Of a stretch of 28,081 bases of DNA, positions 1 to 9,265 are shown piece after piece. Origin of the DNA: a virus. Lineage: Duplodnaviria; Caudoviricetes. The notes below the pieces were generated by a model. The model was given only the letters and a program-made list of their open reading frames with translations, was not told where the DNA came from and searched no databases. A program made the position numbers and the translations under genes. Within the stretch, counting starts at the first letter, position 1; each line of letters opens with the position of its first letter. The stretch spans positions 1-28,081 of the IMG/VR virus record IMGVR_UViG_3300032239_000487, one strand, 5' to 3'.

Positions 1-222
1 ACGAAGTTATGTAGTATTGATTTTGACTTGACAGTGCATAGGACTATCCTTAGGAACAAGTCTGAAGAAGGCTCACGAATGATCTACATAAATAAAATAC
101 AAGAAGACGTATACAAGCGACGCCTGATCGTGGAAGAAATCAATTCTTACATAAATAGTTCTAAGATTATGCAAGCTAGAAAATTTGATCTCAATAAAAA
201 GCCAAATTTTAAATTTGCGTGA
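1..222 (+). CDS. Hypothetical phage protein, 3' part (5' end outside window)
   Basis: Frame 1 is open from base 1 (TKLCSIDFDLTVHR...) to TGA at 220-222; the track's TTG start at 28 is probably internal. Confidence 0.6.
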   Translation, partial: TKLCSIDFDLTVHRTILRNKSEEGSRMIYINKIQEDVYKRRLIVEEINSYINSSKIMQARKFDLNKKPNFKFA

Positions 223-228
223 TAAATA
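221..228 (+). promoter_or_regulatory. T4-type late promoter (GATAAATA)
   Basis: Variant of the T4 late consensus TATAAATA; overlaps the upstream stop codon and lies 24 nt before ATG 253. Confidence 0.65.
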
Positions 229-252
229 CTAGACAACACGAAAGAGTGACCT

Positions 253-942
253 ATGAATCTTAATGAATTAGATAATAAGAACGTTGCTAAGAGAGCATTG
301 AAAGAATCCTTCGGATATAACTTTGATCCTTCTAATTTGGACAATCTACAGACTCGCAACATGCTCAAGAGAGTGCGCGGACTTATCAATGAATCAAAGC
401 ACTCTGTTGATTTCCACAGGAATCAGCGTAATCCAATGCACATGAAGCTAGTATTCATGGAACAGGCTCTTTCATATCATCTAAAGAATACTCCTCAGCC
501 TCGCATCGTGTTTGAGAACGAAGAAGTTGAGAAGTCACAGGTCATTCTTGCTGCACAGGACATGGTTGACTCTGTTCAGAAGATGGTAGAAGAAGTAAGT
601 GACATGCTTGTGAAGGAACTTCCTGCTCTGGTTGATTCAATTCAGTCTGAGATCGGCGCAAATGAGAGCGATCAATTCAATCAACAGGTATCGGAAGCAC
701 TCTCTTCACTCAACGCTGCATTGCAACAGTCTCAGGCAACTCTTAAAAGCGCATTAGGCACGATCACTGGACAAGGTGGACAAGAATTCGGTGGAGAACT
801 TCCCGGAGCCGAAACCGATGCAGTTGATGGCATGGCTGACATGGACGCAGATGTAGATTCAGATATGGGGGCAGAAGCACCTCCTCCGGCCCCGGAAGGA
901 TCAGACGATCTATCAGGTAATGTCGGTCGTGCAAAGAGGTAA
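253..942 (+). CDS. Hypothetical late protein (helical, acidic C-terminal tail; possibly prohead core/scaffold-related)
   Basis: 229-aa ORF after a late promoter; amphipathic helical middle and D/E/G/P-rich tail; function is inference only. Confidence 0.7.
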   Translation: MNLNELDNKNVAKRALKESFGYNFDPSNLDNLQTRNMLKRVRGLINESKHSVDFHRNQRNPMHMKLVFMEQALSYHLKNTPQPRIVFENEEVEKSQVILAAQDMVDSVQKMVEEVSDMLVKELPALVDSIQSEIGANESDQFNQQVSEALSSLNAALQQSQATLKSALGTITGQGGQEFGGELPGAETDAVDGMADMDADVDSDMGAEAPPPAPEGSDDLSGNVGRAKR

Positions 943-944
943 TT

Positions 945-1286
945 ATGTTCCTCTTTGAGCTAGATGATAGAAATCAAATCACCCCTCAGATTGTTGCACT
1001 AACAAATCAGTTAGAGCAAGAAGTTAGTGATGGTGAGATTGATGCGGATAATTATACTCTAGCTGAACTTCAAGATTATTTCCAGGATTATGATATCATC
1101 CTGGATGATGAGGACATCTATAATATGATCACGGTTCCTCCGCTCAAAGACTTGATCACTAATATCCAAGGCGGTAAAGTTATTTTCAAGGGTCACTCAC
1201 CTCAATCAGACGGGGAAACAACTGCCAAGACCGATGACGACAACAAAAAGACTGTGGCTAAAATGGCTCACAAGGCATTAAAATAA
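945..1286 (+). CDS. Hypothetical acidic protein
   Basis: 113-aa ORF; GAGG SD overlapping the end of the previous gene. Confidence 0.75.
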   Translation: MFLFELDDRNQITPQIVALTNQLEQEVSDGEIDADNYTLAELQDYFQDYDIILDDEDIYNMITVPPLKDLITNIQGGKVIFKGHSPQSDGETTAKTDDDNKKTVAKMAHKALK

Positions 1287-1296
1287 CACAAACCAG

Positions 1297-1325
1297 TTGA
1301 CATTGGCCGCTCTCTGTAGTAGTAT
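1297..1325 (+). promoter_or_regulatory. Sigma70-type promoter TTGACA-N17-TAGTAT
   Basis: -35 at 1297-1302, -10 at 1320-1325; ATG at 1331 only 5 nt later, with no SD. Confidence 0.7.
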
Positions 1326-1330
1326 GAATC

Positions 1331-2044
1331 ATGGCTATAACTAATAAATTTCCCTACGACGAGATGAAGAAGGTCACGATTGATGGCTCGCGCCGATATC
1401 TTGCTCCGGATGGGTCTAAGTTACCCAGTGTAACTACAATCCTAGACGCTACTAAGTCAGACGAATCTAAGCAAGCCTTAGCAAACTGGCGAAAGCGCGT
1501 AGGTCCTGCCAAAGCACAAGAGATCACTGTGGAAGCAGCAGGACGTGGAACACGTATGCACAAGTGGATTGAAGACTTCATCAAAGAAGACAGGCGCGGC
1601 GATCCCGGCAGCAATCCATATAGTCAACAGAGCCATCTGATGGCCACTCAGATTATTGAGCAGGGCCTATCTAAATGCGACGAGTACTGGGGAACTGAAG
1701 TCTCTCTGTATTTTCCTGAAATCTATGCAGGAACTACCGACTTGTGTGGAGTTCACGACGGTGCTGAAGCTATTATGGACCACAAACAATCTAATAAAGT
1801 CAAGAAGCGTGAGTGGATTGAAGATTATTTTGTGCAGACCACTGCTTATGCAAATGCTCACAACGAAGTCTATGGTACAAAGATTCGCAAGGGCGTTATC
1901 TTCATGTGCGTAAAGCCTGAACTAGTAGATGGAATGTGGGCTAAACCGCAATATCTAGAATTCATCATTGAGGGCAACGAGTTTGACAAATACTCCGACC
2001 TGTGGTTCAAGCGACTAGAACAATACTACACTAAATTCTTATAG
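1331..2044 (+). CDS. PD-(D/E)XK exonuclease (lambda-exo/Cas4/MGME1-like phage exonuclease)
   Basis: Motifs PSVTTIL, RGTRMH, E..LY, YAGTTDL, DHKQS, Q..AY are typical of this nuclease family. Confidence 0.85.
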   Translation: MAITNKFPYDEMKKVTIDGSRRYLAPDGSKLPSVTTILDATKSDESKQALANWRKRVGPAKAQEITVEAAGRGTRMHKWIEDFIKEDRRGDPGSNPYSQQSHLMATQIIEQGLSKCDEYWGTEVSLYFPEIYAGTTDLCGVHDGAEAIMDHKQSNKVKKREWIEDYFVQTTAYANAHNEVYGTKIRKGVIFMCVKPELVDGMWAKPQYLEFIIEGNEFDKYSDLWFKRLEQYYTKFL

Positions 2045-2063
2045 AGGATTCTAATCTTTAAAG

Positions 2064-2071
2064 ACTAAATA
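2064..2071 (+). promoter_or_regulatory. T4-type late promoter (ACTAAATA)
   Basis: TAAATA core in the intergenic region upstream of the fibre gene at 2097. Confidence 0.6.
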
Positions 2072-2096
2072 AGTATATTAGGGTAAAGATATACTT

Positions 2097-3365
2097 ATGG
2101 CAATCCTCCAAATCAGCAAGATACAGCAACGTGCAGGTAACTTAGTAGACCTGCCACAGTTAGATGAAGCCGAATTCGGTTGGGCAACTGATGACAAAAG
2201 ACTGTTCATCGGTAAAACTACACCTAACGAGAACGTAGAAGTCCTAACTGGATATTCTAGCATCTATTTCAGTCAGATTGACGGAGCAGTAGGCAATCTC
2301 AATATCACTGCGTCATCCCTTGCTGCCGGTGAAGTATTAGTATACGATGGTGCTAGCTGGGTTAACCGCGGTGGACCTGCCGGCGGACTGGTAACATTAG
2401 GTTCTGTCGCTAATGTAAAGATCACTGGCGGTACTAATACCTATTATCTACAGACTGATGGAACTGGCAATCTGTCATGGGCTGCTGGTACTGGATCTGT
2501 TTCTGGGAACGGCTTGCCCGGCGGCACTCTTAATCAAGTTCAATTTAATGCCGGCATTGCCACCTTCGGCGCCAGTTCTGCCTTTACGTTCAACTCAACA
2601 AGCAGTACACTAAGTGTTACAAATATTACTGCCAATGGTGCTGGTTTAACAAATATCCCTGCTGGTAATATTTCAGGTACAGTAGCAAACGCCACATACG
2701 CGACGAGTGCAGGTACTGCGACAACCGCTGCTACTGTAACTACAAATGCCCAACCTAACATCACTTCAGTTGGTACTCTTACATCACTTGCAGTAACTGG
2801 TAACATCTCAGGAGCAAATCTAACTGGAAATCATTTCGGTAATGGCTCCGCTCTTACTGCTATCACAGGGGCCAATGTCACTGGAACTGTTGCCAATGCG
2901 ACATACGCAGCAAGTGCCGGTACTGCGACGACTGCTGGCACGGTAACAACAGCAGCACAACCAAACATCACATCTGTGGGTACGCTAACTTCTCTGTCAG
3001 TAACAGGTAACATTACCGGTGCTAACCTAATCGCCAACTCGTATACTATTCGGTCAGTTGCACCTACAGTATCAGCCGCAGGATCGACACAAAGTACAGC
3101 TACCGTGTTAACGAAAGAGATTAACGTCGTAAGTACAGTAGCTTCAGGCGCCAATGGAGTTCAATTGCCTGCCGCATCACCTGGAATGGCAATATATATC
3201 ACAAATACAACTGCTAATGCACTTAGCGTCTATCCGGCATCAGGAGCAGCAATAGGCTCTCTATCTGCTAACGCTGCATTTACTCAAACCGGAAGCGGAG
3301 CTACTATACAGTTCATTGCACCTACTGCAACTCAGTGGTATACAGTCGGCGCAACCTACGCTTAA
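2097..3365 (+). CDS. Tail-fibre-like virion protein with Mtd/hyaluronidase-type N-terminal attachment domain
   Basis: N-terminus IQQRAG...LPQLDEAEFGWATDDKRLFIG; T/G/A/S/N-rich body; LQTDGTGNLSW fibre motif; internal 69-aa duplication. Confidence 0.75.
   Translation: MAILQISKIQQRAGNLVDLPQLDEAEFGWATDDKRLFIGKTTPNENVEVLTGYSSIYFSQIDGAVGNLNITASSLAAGEVLVYDGASWVNRGGPAGGLVTLGSVANVKITGGTNTYYLQTDGTGNLSWAAGTGSVSGNGLPGGTLNQVQFNAGIATFGASSAFTFNSTSSTLSVTNITANGAGLTNIPAGNISGTVANATYATSAGTATTAATVTTNAQPNITSVGTLTSLAVTGNISGANLTGNHFGNGSALTAITGANVTGTVANATYAASAGTATTAGTVTTAAQPNITSVGTLTSLSVTGNITGANLIANSYTIRSVAPTVSAAGSTQSTATVLTKEINVVSTVASGANGVQLPAASPGMAIYITNTTANALSVYPASGAAIGSLSANAAFTQTGSGATIQFIAPTATQWYTVGATYA
2628..3029 (+). 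repeat. Intragenic tandem duplication, period 207 nt (69 aa)
   Basis: NG..LT.I...N..GTVANATYA.SAGTATTA.TVTT.AQPNITSVGTLTSL.VTGNI.GANL occurs twice (AAT-GG anchors at 2634 and 2841), with many synonymous differences. Confidence 0.9.
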
Positions 3366-3388
3366 TCTCCTTTAAAACTGCCCAAAAA

Positions 3389-3396
3389 GATAAATA
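3389..3396 (+). promoter_or_regulatory. T4-type late promoter (GATAAATA)
   Basis: Upstream of a structured leader and ATG 3481. Confidence 0.7.
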
Positions 3397-3400
3397 AATC

Positions 3401-3459
3401 ATAATACTCTCATTCGGAGAGTTTATGCAGTTACCCACTGCGTACCAGCTAGAACCTGG
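3401..3459 (+). promoter_or_regulatory. Structured 5' leader with three consecutive hairpins
   Basis: ACTCTC/GAGAGT (3406-3422), TATGCAGT/ACTGCGTA (3424-3444, one G-U pair), CCAG-ctagaac-CTGG (3445-3459), then A-rich SD AAGGA. Confidence 0.55.
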
Positions 3460-3480
3460 ACTAACAAAAAGGAAAAACAA

Positions 3481-4809
3481 ATGGGACGCCCACTAAAAAT
3501 CGCTAAAGCACAAGCCGTGCTTACTATCACTGACACAGTAGCCGCTACTGACCTAGTAACAGTCGCCGAAACGCTATCACAGCCTACTAATGGTGTCACT
3601 AGTTCATCAGGAGAAGGCATTCTTGCTGGTATGCCGTTCGTAGTAGCAACAAATGTCGGCGGCCTGCTCGCTGGAACAATCTATTATGTATTGAAAGTAG
3701 TATCAGCGACTACATTCAGTGTTTCGGCTACTAACCTCAGTGCAAATCCGAACTCAACTCCATTCGCTCTTTCTGACACTACAAGCCAATCAGTGAAGGC
3801 TACCGTAGCATTTACTGATGCATACTTCAACAATCCAAATACAAATGGCAGCACTGGTTACCCAGCAGCAAGCACTACGACTTACTCAGTAGTCGGCGGT
3901 AACACTACTATCTATGGTTCACAAGTTCGTGCTAACGTTGCTATTGGACAGAATGGCCTCGGCCAGATCGCAACAGCAAGCACTAGCAACCTGATCTATG
4001 CTTCAGTTGATCCTTTTAATACGATTCCAGCTGGTACTGTAATTCAAGCTAATGTACCAAATGTTAACGGCGTATCTACGGATCTAGTGACAGTTGGTTA
4101 TGTTGCTTCAGTCAATGCAGGTAAGCTACTAGCAATCACTAGCACAAAAGCTGCTGGTAATTACATCGTGACTTCAGGAAACGCACAGACACTCACTAGC
4201 GGTGTTGTTTGGTTTGATAAGAGTTTTGGTGGTAACATCGTAGTCAACACTCCTTACTATCTAGGCACAGTAGCAAATGCAACTCACTTCACTGTACTAT
4301 CAAATCCAGGTGGTGCAAATGTTCCGGTAAATACCAGTAATGTTGCTGCCACTAACTTGAATCAGCACACCGCAGTATTGACTGCTAACGCTACGACAAC
4401 ATATTCAACTCCGGTTAATTATGTGTATGCTAAAGCAGAAGCAGGGTTCATTGTTCGTCAAAAGGGCAAGCAAAAGTATCTTGTTACAGGTTTAACAACT
4501 GGTCTTACAGCACAATGCTACACTGCAAATCTAGCTAACACTGCACTTCTTCCGAATACAATGTCTATCACTGCTCAGTATGCAAACTCAACGGCTGTAA
4601 AACTACAGACTCTAAGTGATCACACTCTAGGAATATTCACTGCTAGCTCTAGCCCTGACGCACTTGGAAACATTGTTTCTCCTGGACAACCAACTGGAAA
4701 TCTAGGTTATGTTAATGCTGCTCCTGGGTTTGCAACATTCAACACTGCTGCAACTGCAAACGTAGCAAATGCAATGCCTTATCCTCTACTAACTGTAGAC
4801 AAAGCATAA
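3481..4809 (+). CDS. Virion structural protein (T/N/A/V-rich, beta-rich repeats)
   Basis: 442 aa after a late promoter; two similar segments GGL.AGTIYYV...SATTFSVS and GGNIV.NTPYYL...NATHFTV. Confidence 0.7.
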   Translation: MGRPLKIAKAQAVLTITDTVAATDLVTVAETLSQPTNGVTSSSGEGILAGMPFVVATNVGGLLAGTIYYVLKVVSATTFSVSATNLSANPNSTPFALSDTTSQSVKATVAFTDAYFNNPNTNGSTGYPAASTTTYSVVGGNTTIYGSQVRANVAIGQNGLGQIATASTSNLIYASVDPFNTIPAGTVIQANVPNVNGVSTDLVTVGYVASVNAGKLLAITSTKAAGNYIVTSGNAQTLTSGVVWFDKSFGGNIVVNTPYYLGTVANATHFTVLSNPGGANVPVNTSNVAATNLNQHTAVLTANATTTYSTPVNYVYAKAEAGFIVRQKGKQKYLVTGLTTGLTAQCYTANLANTALLPNTMSITAQYANSTAVKLQTLSDHTLGIFTASSSPDALGNIVSPGQPTGNLGYVNAAPGFATFNTAATANVANAMPYPLLTVDKA

Positions 4810-4819
4810 GGTATAATCA

Positions 4820-5134
4820 ATGTCAACATTATCGGTGCAACCAAAACAAACTGAAACCGATATTGCGGTCCTTCAAGTCCAGTATTCAAATCTCACAGAA
4901 AAAGTTGATGATTTGAAGACTGGCTTGAAAGAGATGCGAGATATCATTGATGAAAACAACACTTCTACTCAAGCCATGATGACCAGCTTTCAAAAAACTA
5001 ATGTAGATTCTCATACCGAGCTGGCAAAGAAAATAACTGCTTTAGAAAAATGGAAATGGATGTTAATGGGTGCAGGCGTGCTAGCAGGATCGGCAGCTGG
5101 CCCGTCTTTCTTGAAGTTGTTCGGCGTAAGTTAA
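4820..5134 (+). CDS. Coiled-coil protein with C-terminal membrane anchor (XhlA/holin-like, tentative)
   Basis: Heptad-rich N-terminus followed by LEKWKW and hydrophobic MLMGAGVLAGSAAG; AAGG SD. Confidence 0.6.
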   Translation: MSTLSVQPKQTETDIAVLQVQYSNLTEKVDDLKTGLKEMRDIIDENNTSTQAMMTSFQKTNVDSHTELAKKITALEKWKWMLMGAGVLAGSAAGPSFLKLFGVS

Positions 5135-5529
5135 GTAAGTAAATTTAGTTTCTCAATAACTATATCAATGTTAACAGTAGAAAATAGGCCTGGGTGCAGC
5201 GGTTTAGGATAACTTCCCGATTGCACCCAGGCATATCCTATATGTTCTTGGTTCAATATAGGAACGAATTCTTCTTTTACTTCGCAGAAAAATGTGTTAT
5301 AAGTGAAAGACTTATTTACAAACTTTTGTATAGGAATAAGTTTCCAATCAACGTCAAACATACCCATCTCTTCGGTACATTCTCGTTCTATTCCTTCTAG
5401 TAGAGTCTCTTCCGTTTCTATCTTACCACCAGGAATACTCCAAGTTGGATTTTTATCTGATCTTAACAGGTATAGATATCTATTAGAAGACGAGCTATAA
5501 AAGAAGACACCTGATGCAGTAACTGTCAT
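5131..5529 (-). CDS. Nudix hydrolase
   Basis: Nudix box GGKIETEETLLEGIERECTEEMG (GX5EX7REXXEEXG); LNQEH..YAW and LHPGL C-terminal motifs. Confidence 0.92.
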   Translation of the reverse strand: MTVTASGVFFYSSSSNRYLYLLRSDKNPTWSIPGGKIETEETLLEGIERECTEEMGMFDVDWKLIPIQKFVNKSFTYNTFFCEVKEEFVPILNQEHIGYAWVQSGSYPKPLHPGLFSTVNIDIVIEKLNLLT

Positions 5530-5533
5530 CTTT

Positions 5534-5541
5534 TATTTAGC
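5534..5541 (-). promoter_or_regulatory. T4-type late promoter (GCTAAATA)
   Basis: TAAATA core 4 nt upstream of the Nudix ATG (5529). Confidence 0.5.
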
Positions 5542-5546
5542 AGCTA

Positions 5547-6929
5547 TTAGATTACGATAGAATAATCACCCTCGCCGTACCATCCATCATATGATTTTAC
5601 CCAGATGGCATCTGGATTGCTAAATCTATATTGAACATTGGTAGTTAGATTGGTCACAAATTCTACAGTGGTAGCAGTTTGAGCCTGAGAGTCAAATGCG
5701 ACAAACCATTTCATAGTACCTGCGTCAAACTGAATGATGTCATTTGCATTGGCAATTAAGTTGCCCCAGGCAACTGTAGAATCGTTAACATGACCGATAT
5801 GCTCAACAATGAGATATCTTTTGCCAGGAGTAGGACCAGGCAAGCCTGCATTTGGCCCGGTCAGAAGCGGGTTTATAACACTGTCTACTGGCTCTAATGT
5901 ATTTTGTGGCAATGTCGCCGGATCAATATTATAGATCAAAAAGCGATCATCTACTGGATTAAGTACGATTGTGCCTACAATAGGATCTGCCATATACGGA
6001 TTTTCTAGCCATATCTGAGATATGCCGGGTCTTATTGCGCCGTACACATTTAGATACGCAGACCAATAAAGACTAGTATTAGGATTATCTGGAAGTGTTA
6101 AATCAGCATTTGAAGGGTAAAATGGCTCATCTGCTGGTAACAACTGGAGTTGATTTCCTAGTAGCAACAGTTTATAACCATATGGAGTAATTTTCTGTCT
6201 AGTACCTAACAATAACTCATCGTCTTGAATGTCTTGTAAAGTAGTTCCTTGGTGAATAGATGCTATGATCTTGTAGATGACGCCCAATTTCTTTAGTTTA
6301 GACGCAGTACTTAACCAGATAGGCATGTAGAACTTCCAAGTCATAATGTCAATAGGATTCCCTGTACCCTGAGGTATTGACCTACTCGTCCATGTCAATC
6401 CATCTTGGAATACTGCGGACAATGAAGTCCAGTCAATGAAATTATCTGTACTTTGAATCTCAAGTGCCGGATTAAACAAGGTGCTCAACTGTTCAAATAT
6501 CTCTAATTTTTGATTAGTATTAGTAGTCCAAAAATCTACAGTCATGCGCAATGTGTAGGGCACCGGCATCAATCTCTCAACAGTGAAGGCTTGGCCCTGT
6601 GTTGTCTCGTATTGTTGTGTTTCTTGATTAAATTTACGCTGACTCACATTAAGTTTGTCAACGAATGTTGGGTCCTGCGTCCACCTTTGATTGTACTCTA
6701 TTCCACTGATGTAATAAGTGATGAGCGGCGCAGTCGGTAGATTGCTAGCACTGTTATTCGCGATGATAGTAGCTGATTGTCTGCTACTGTCCCCGTACAT
6801 TATTGGTACCCGTACACGGATAGGATTACCATTTGGGTCATTGCCCCTAGTAACTTCCCATTGGCTAAATATTTTTGCAAACTGTAATAAGAATCTGCGT
6901 ATCTGCGAATCATAGAAAAAAGTCGCCAT
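5547..6929 (-). CDS. gp15: Tail terminator / sheath stabiliser, T4 gp15-like, with C-terminal extension
   Basis: FFYDSQIRR...F, RVPIMYG, MPVPYTL, QKLEIFEQL..LFNP motifs; directly downstream of the gp14-like gene. Confidence 0.8.
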   Translation of the reverse strand: MATFFYDSQIRRFLLQFAKIFSQWEVTRGNDPNGNPIRVRVPIMYGDSSRQSATIIANNSASNLPTAPLITYYISGIEYNQRWTQDPTFVDKLNVSQRKFNQETQQYETTQGQAFTVERLMPVPYTLRMTVDFWTTNTNQKLEIFEQLSTLFNPALEIQSTDNFIDWTSLSAVFQDGLTWTSRSIPQGTGNPIDIMTWKFYMPIWLSTASKLKKLGVIYKIIASIHQGTTLQDIQDDELLLGTRQKITPYGYKLLLLGNQLQLLPADEPFYPSNADLTLPDNPNTSLYWSAYLNVYGAIRPGISQIWLENPYMADPIVGTIVLNPVDDRFLIYNIDPATLPQNTLEPVDSVINPLLTGPNAGLPGPTPGKRYLIVEHIGHVNDSTVAWGNLIANANDIIQFDAGTMKWFVAFDSQAQTATTVEFVTNLTTNVQYRFSNPDAIWVKSYDGWYGEGDYSIVI

Positions 6930-6932
6930 TTT

Positions 6933-8672
6933 TTATAAATCTTTCTCTTCAGGCGGAATAATTGCGGACGACGGAGGAGTTGATAGGATAGTAGATAGCG
7001 GCTGCAATTCTGGCACTGTCGTACCAGTATTATTTAGATAGATTTCCTTTGGATCATTAATAAAGCTATTCAACTGTGATTGGTTTGTCGTATCAGCAAA
7101 TCCAGTCTGTGTTCTCACATTTTGACTAATCTGTACCCATAGACGACCGTTCCAGCGATATAACAACTGTGGTAAATAGTCTATACGTAAGAAATAATCT
7201 CCGACTTTCGGATTGTGCGGGAAGGAAATACCGGCACCAGTATCAAATCCGTCAGGGGCGGCACCGTCGCCAGTAAGATATCCTGCTAGATAGCCAAACG
7301 ATCTCGGAGTTGATCTAGTGATGTATTGGAATCCAGGAACGCAGTCTGCACGATAGTCCATGTTTATTGTGATATCACCTGTGAATCCAGGCAATTCTGG
7401 ATTTTGATCTGCGGTAGCATATGTATTATCAGCAGTACCGTATGGTCCAGTGATAGTTCCCATAGATTCAACAGTAAGTAATCTTGTTCCTGAGACAGGA
7501 CCTGAACCACTTCCTGTTCTCTCTGGCGCCTGCTCTATTAAAGATAACTGTGCTTGCACGAACTTGTCAAGTTTTTCTGCTGCGGGATCAGCATCAACAG
7601 ACATGTCCCAGATGTTTTGTAATGCTTGTTTACTAACTCTTATTCCAGCAGCAGTACTTCTGTACCTTGGATTACGTACCATCATAACAGAACCAGTTAC
7701 CGGAGTCGTACTAGTAGAATTTACGTCAATGACAATACTAATAGGCGGTGCCGGCTCGTTGAGTTGCCCTGAAGGAACGCCGTTGGCTTGATATTCACCG
7801 TAGGTAGGAATGACATAAAGTTTACTAGTATCGTATCCAGATTTTGGAACTAATTTTTCTGCTTCTTTTAGGTTCGCATCATTGATCGCAATATTTTTGT
7901 TGTAAGTTGACAGTATATCAGCGAGACTTCCGTTATTGATTGGTTTCCAGTAAGCAGAATTCGGAGGAGTGGTTCCAGGTGGAACATTCGTAGTTGATTC
8001 ATAAACGATGCCGCCGTAAGTCACTGTGTATCCCGGTGGATATGTTTTTGTCGTATCAAAATCTCCTAGATAGTTGTCCTGATTGATTGGTGCATTTAGG
8101 ATGTCAGCAAATTCCTCAGAGTTAACGAGAGGTTCACACTTGATGCGCCATAGATGCGGGTACCATGTCTGAGTGAATCCTTCACTCGCATAATTGGCGT
8201 CAGTGATCTGCATGAAACGTTTTAGTGCAACTGGAATCGTCTCATCCAATGGATTGTAGTCAAGCAGATGGGGGAGTTCCAGCACATCGCCTACCATCAA
8301 TTTACGGCCGATGATGTCAATCATGTCATTATAGTGAACAGTGATAAAGACGATATCATTGTTTAGGAACAATCCGAACTGACTTAGATCAAAGTCTAGG
8401 TTTTGAACATTATAATGTCCACGGAGACGATAAATGTTGGGGTCATACTTTCTGTCTCTGTTTTCAAGAAAAAGTAAATCCTGAATCTGCGTAGGATTTG
8501 GTTCCAAAAATTGTGGTTCTGTGGGATCAGTAGATGGACCTTGATTCGTGATACCTGCATACTTATGAATGTATAGGTCAGTGCCACCGACCGTCAGCAT
8601 TTCTGCGATAGTCCGGTCTAGGAACCGATAATCATTCTGTTTATTAGGTCTCCAAAGTGACAGCCTAGGCAT
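6933..8672 (-). CDS. gp14: Neck / head-closure protein, T4 gp14-like, with long C-terminal extension
   Basis: GGTDLYIHKY, DLLFLENRDRKY, LSQFGLFL..D, GDVLELPHL, WRIKCEP motifs; AGGAG SD and late promoter upstream. Confidence 0.75.
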   Translation of the reverse strand: MPRLSLWRPNKQNDYRFLDRTIAEMLTVGGTDLYIHKYAGITNQGPSTDPTEPQFLEPNPTQIQDLLFLENRDRKYDPNIYRLRGHYNVQNLDFDLSQFGLFLNNDIVFITVHYNDMIDIIGRKLMVGDVLELPHLLDYNPLDETIPVALKRFMQITDANYASEGFTQTWYPHLWRIKCEPLVNSEEFADILNAPINQDNYLGDFDTTKTYPPGYTVTYGGIVYESTTNVPPGTTPPNSAYWKPINNGSLADILSTYNKNIAINDANLKEAEKLVPKSGYDTSKLYVIPTYGEYQANGVPSGQLNEPAPPISIVIDVNSTSTTPVTGSVMMVRNPRYRSTAAGIRVSKQALQNIWDMSVDADPAAEKLDKFVQAQLSLIEQAPERTGSGSGPVSGTRLLTVESMGTITGPYGTADNTYATADQNPELPGFTGDITINMDYRADCVPGFQYITRSTPRSFGYLAGYLTGDGAAPDGFDTGAGISFPHNPKVGDYFLRIDYLPQLLYRWNGRLWVQISQNVRTQTGFADTTNQSQLNSFINDPKEIYLNNTGTTVPELQPLSTILSTPPSSAIIPPEEKDL

Positions 8673-8688
8673 ACTATTCTCCTATCTT

Positions 8689-8696
8689 TATTTATC
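8689..8696 (-). promoter_or_regulatory. T4-type late promoter (GATAAATA) for the gp14-gp15 operon
   Basis: TATTTATC on the + strand, 16 nt upstream of ATG 8672; back-to-back with the sigma70 promoter at 8719. Confidence 0.7.
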
Positions 8697-8718
8697 GTTA
8701 TTTTTTGGATAATAACGG

Positions 8719-8760
8719 TTGACATCGGTTACCCTTTTTGCTATATTGAATCATAGACAG
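8719..8760 (+). repeat. Repeated early-promoter cassette, copy 1 (TTGACA-N17-TATATT, extended -10)
   Basis: 42 bp identical to 9209-9250 and 40/42 identical to 14293-14334; followed by an AC-rich leader and AACGGAG SD. Confidence 0.92.
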
Positions 8761-8783
8761 ACACACACAAACGGAGACAGACA

Positions 8784-9212
8784 GTGACCAAATATCAAAC
8801 TGCACTTGACCTCATGAATACTGTCATCGCATCTAAGCATGATGTTCATCTGACTGCTACCAGTTGGGATCAGCTTTATAACTACATCTACGAGCATTTC
8901 GAAGCGCCCGCAAGCACGAGCTACCCCATTTTTTATACTATCAATTGCAATACACCTGTAGAGGTTGCACAAGAAATCCAGGACTGCTTTGTGATGCTGA
9001 GGGAACACAACGAGACAGAAGTTTTGGCTCGCCTAGCAGCGATACCACCTGAATACTCGGACACGATCTTTCCTGTGGCGATTGCACGTTACCTGCTGAA
9101 ATATCAGAACGTGCCAATGATCGTGTCTCTGGTTAAAACATTTGACGAGTTCCACAAGCGGTATGGTCCGGCGATCTGTTCCACCATCGAATTTAAAACA
9201 AAAAAGGCTTGA
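8784..9212 (+). CDS. Hypothetical early protein (GTG start)
   Basis: 142 aa; GGAG SD 7 nt upstream; its TGA stop is part of the next cassette's -35 box. Confidence 0.75.
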   Translation: MTKYQTALDLMNTVIASKHDVHLTATSWDQLYNYIYEHFEAPASTSYPIFYTINCNTPVEVAQEIQDCFVMLREHNETEVLARLAAIPPEYSDTIFPVAIARYLLKYQNVPMIVSLVKTFDEFHKRYGPAICSTIEFKTKKA

Positions 9213-9250
9213 CATCGGTTACCCTTTTTGCTATATTGAATCATAGACAG
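9209..9250 (+). repeat. Repeated early-promoter cassette, copy 2
   Basis: Identical to 8719-8760; -35 at 9209-9214, -10 at 9232-9237. Confidence 0.92.
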
Positions 9251-9265
9251 CAACGGAGACGGAAC

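Noticed and set aside
23-157. TTGACT/TTGACA and CATAAATA motifs at the window start
   Set aside because: They lie inside an open reading frame with imperfect spacing and cannot be distinguished from chance.
2097-3365. Diversity-generating retroelement target, suggested by the Mtd-like N-terminus
   Set aside because: No reverse transcriptase and no TR/VR pair differing only at adenines was seen; the internal repeat differs at all base types.
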